Below the pieces are notes generated by a model, which did no database searches, was not told the origin of the DNA, and worked only from the letters and a program-made list of their open reading frames with translations. The position numbers and the translations under genes are program-made. From Caldisphaera sp. (GTDB taxonomy: Archaea > Thermoproteota > Thermoprotei_A > Sulfolobales > Acidilobaceae): a stretch of 64,000 nt of DNA. Each line of letters opens with the position of its first letter. Position 1 is the stretch's first letter. Below, piece after piece: positions 62,706 through 64,000 of this stretch. The stretch spans positions 32,001-96,000 of the forward strand of contig JBMFKU010000002.1 in assembly GCA_049971805.1 (NCBI GenBank). The letters run 5' to 3'.

Positions 62706-63023
62706 TTTTTGTTTCCTCCTATCATATATTGCTGTATTTTCTGAATTCTTAAGGATTGCAGAATAGGTAGAGAACAAATTTAATGGCAATAAATAGCGTT
62801 AACTCTAAAGTTTAGAACAAAGATTCCATAATGAAAGATTTAATTTCAATGATAGTGAATTTTTTGATAAAAATTGCTTAAGTTTTTTTGCATAATAAAA
62901 ACCATAGTCTCTCTTTTATGATATAAAAATTGTAAAATATGTTCGTATAATCAGAATCGATACAAGTTTATTTTATATATATAAAAAGTCCTATTATAAT
63001 TTGTAAAAAGGGTGTGACCAAAC

Positions 63024-64000
63024 TTGAGCGAAGAAGTTGATCTCTCAGTAATGATCGGTGGTCCACAAGGTGGTGGAATAGAATCTTCAGGTCAGATGCT
63101 AATTAGAACATTTATGATAAAGGGATACGATGTTTTCGGTATCAGAGAGTATCATAGTAATATAATGGGAGCGCACAGTTATTATAATGTTAGAGTTAAG
63201 ATGAACAGACCAAGAAGTGTGAGATTACCAGTAGATAGTTTGTTGGCATTAGATGCAGAAACAATATTTACACATTATAATGAAGTTTCTCCGAAAAGTT
63301 TTGTAATTTACGATACAGACATACTAAATACTCGTATGGAAAAAATTGCACCTATGGAACCAGAAGTAAAAGAAAGAGTAGAAAAAAACCTTAAGGGGCT
63401 AGGAGTAGAACCTGTAGTTTCTGATGTTATAAAATATCTATCAGGTCAAGGTGTAAGAACTATTGGCTTACCATTAAAAAATTTGTTAAAAACGACTGCA
63501 GAAAAATTAAAGACAAATGTCGTTTCTGTAGCAAAAACAGTTAACACAATGAGTATAACTGCTTCTGTTGCATTATTAGGGATTGACGTTGAAACCGTTG
63601 CAAAATCAATAAACTACTATTTTGCAGGCAGAAAATCAATAATAGATTCAAATGTGATGGCAGCGAGCGTGGCTTATGAGTATGTTAAAGAAAATTTTGG
63701 CATGGGAAAGCCAATTCCAGATGGACCAAACCGAAATAGAATAAGGATGGTTGCGACAGGAAATGATATAGTTGCTATGGGCAAATTGGCAGGCGGACTT
63801 ACTTTAGAAACTTATTATCCAATTACTCCGGCACAAGACGAAGCTTTTTATCTTGGAGATCACAGGCATTTCAAACTTGATGAATGGTCAGCAAAAGAAT
63901 TAGGTGTTGATAAACTAGGTGTATTATCTTTCCAGGCAGAGGATGAGTTAGCGGCTTTAAATATGGCAATAGGTGGTGCATTAGCCGGTGCTAGAACAGC
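63024..64000 (+). CDS. 2-oxoacid:ferredoxin oxidoreductase alpha subunit (gamma-alpha fused), runs off window
   Basis: TTG start; MIGGPQGGGIES, REYHSNIMGAHS, YYPITPA, QAEDELAA. Confidence 0.92.
   Translation, partial: MSEEVDLSVMIGGPQGGGIESSGQMLIRTFMIKGYDVFGIREYHSNIMGAHSYYNVRVKMNRPRSVRLPVDSLLALDAETIFTHYNEVSPKSFVIYDTDILNTRMEKIAPMEPEVKERVEKNLKGLGVEPVVSDVIKYLSGQGVRTIGLPLKNLLKTTAEKLKTNVVSVAKTVNTMSITASVALLGIDVETVAKSINYYFAGRKSIIDSNVMAASVAYEYVKENFGMGKPIPDGPNRNRIRMVATGNDIVAMGKLAGGLTLETYYPITPAQDEAFYLGDHRHFKLDEWSAKELGVDKLGVLSFQAEDELAALNMAIGGALAGART

Overview
AT-rich archaeal chromosomal segment. The gene set (Rpo8, L14e, GINS15-PriS-PCNA, intron-split cbf5, frequent TTG starts) points to a crenarchaeon of the Desulfurococcales/Acidilobales type; the taxonomy is inference. 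Most of the window is housekeeping: translation, RNA modification, replication, secY-adk, heme, Mo/W uptake and central metabolism. It holds 7 tRNA genes, two with introns (one of them in the D-arm). There are two decayed accessory patches: about 13.5-20.3 kb after tRNA-Glu, with IS607, IS605 and IS110 relics, and about 42.9-44.8 kb next to tRNA-Thr. The most interesting signals are not in the ORF track. (1) Two clear box C/D guide RNAs and one weaker candidate; by the N+5 rule the two clear ones point at tRNAs encoded in this window: C39 of tRNA-Ser(UGA) and tRNA-Cys, and G34 of the unspliced pre-tRNA-Cys across its exon/intron junction. (2) A 31-nt bulge-helix-bulge mRNA intron that splits the catalytic Asp codon of cbf5. 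(3) Two genes that appear to start at ATT. (4) A tRNA-Leu(CAG) lacking the near-invariant U33. (5) An IS110 relic whose 5' half is inverted relative to its 3' half. No CRISPR array, rRNA or intact provirus was seen. All calls are from reading the sequence; no searches were run.
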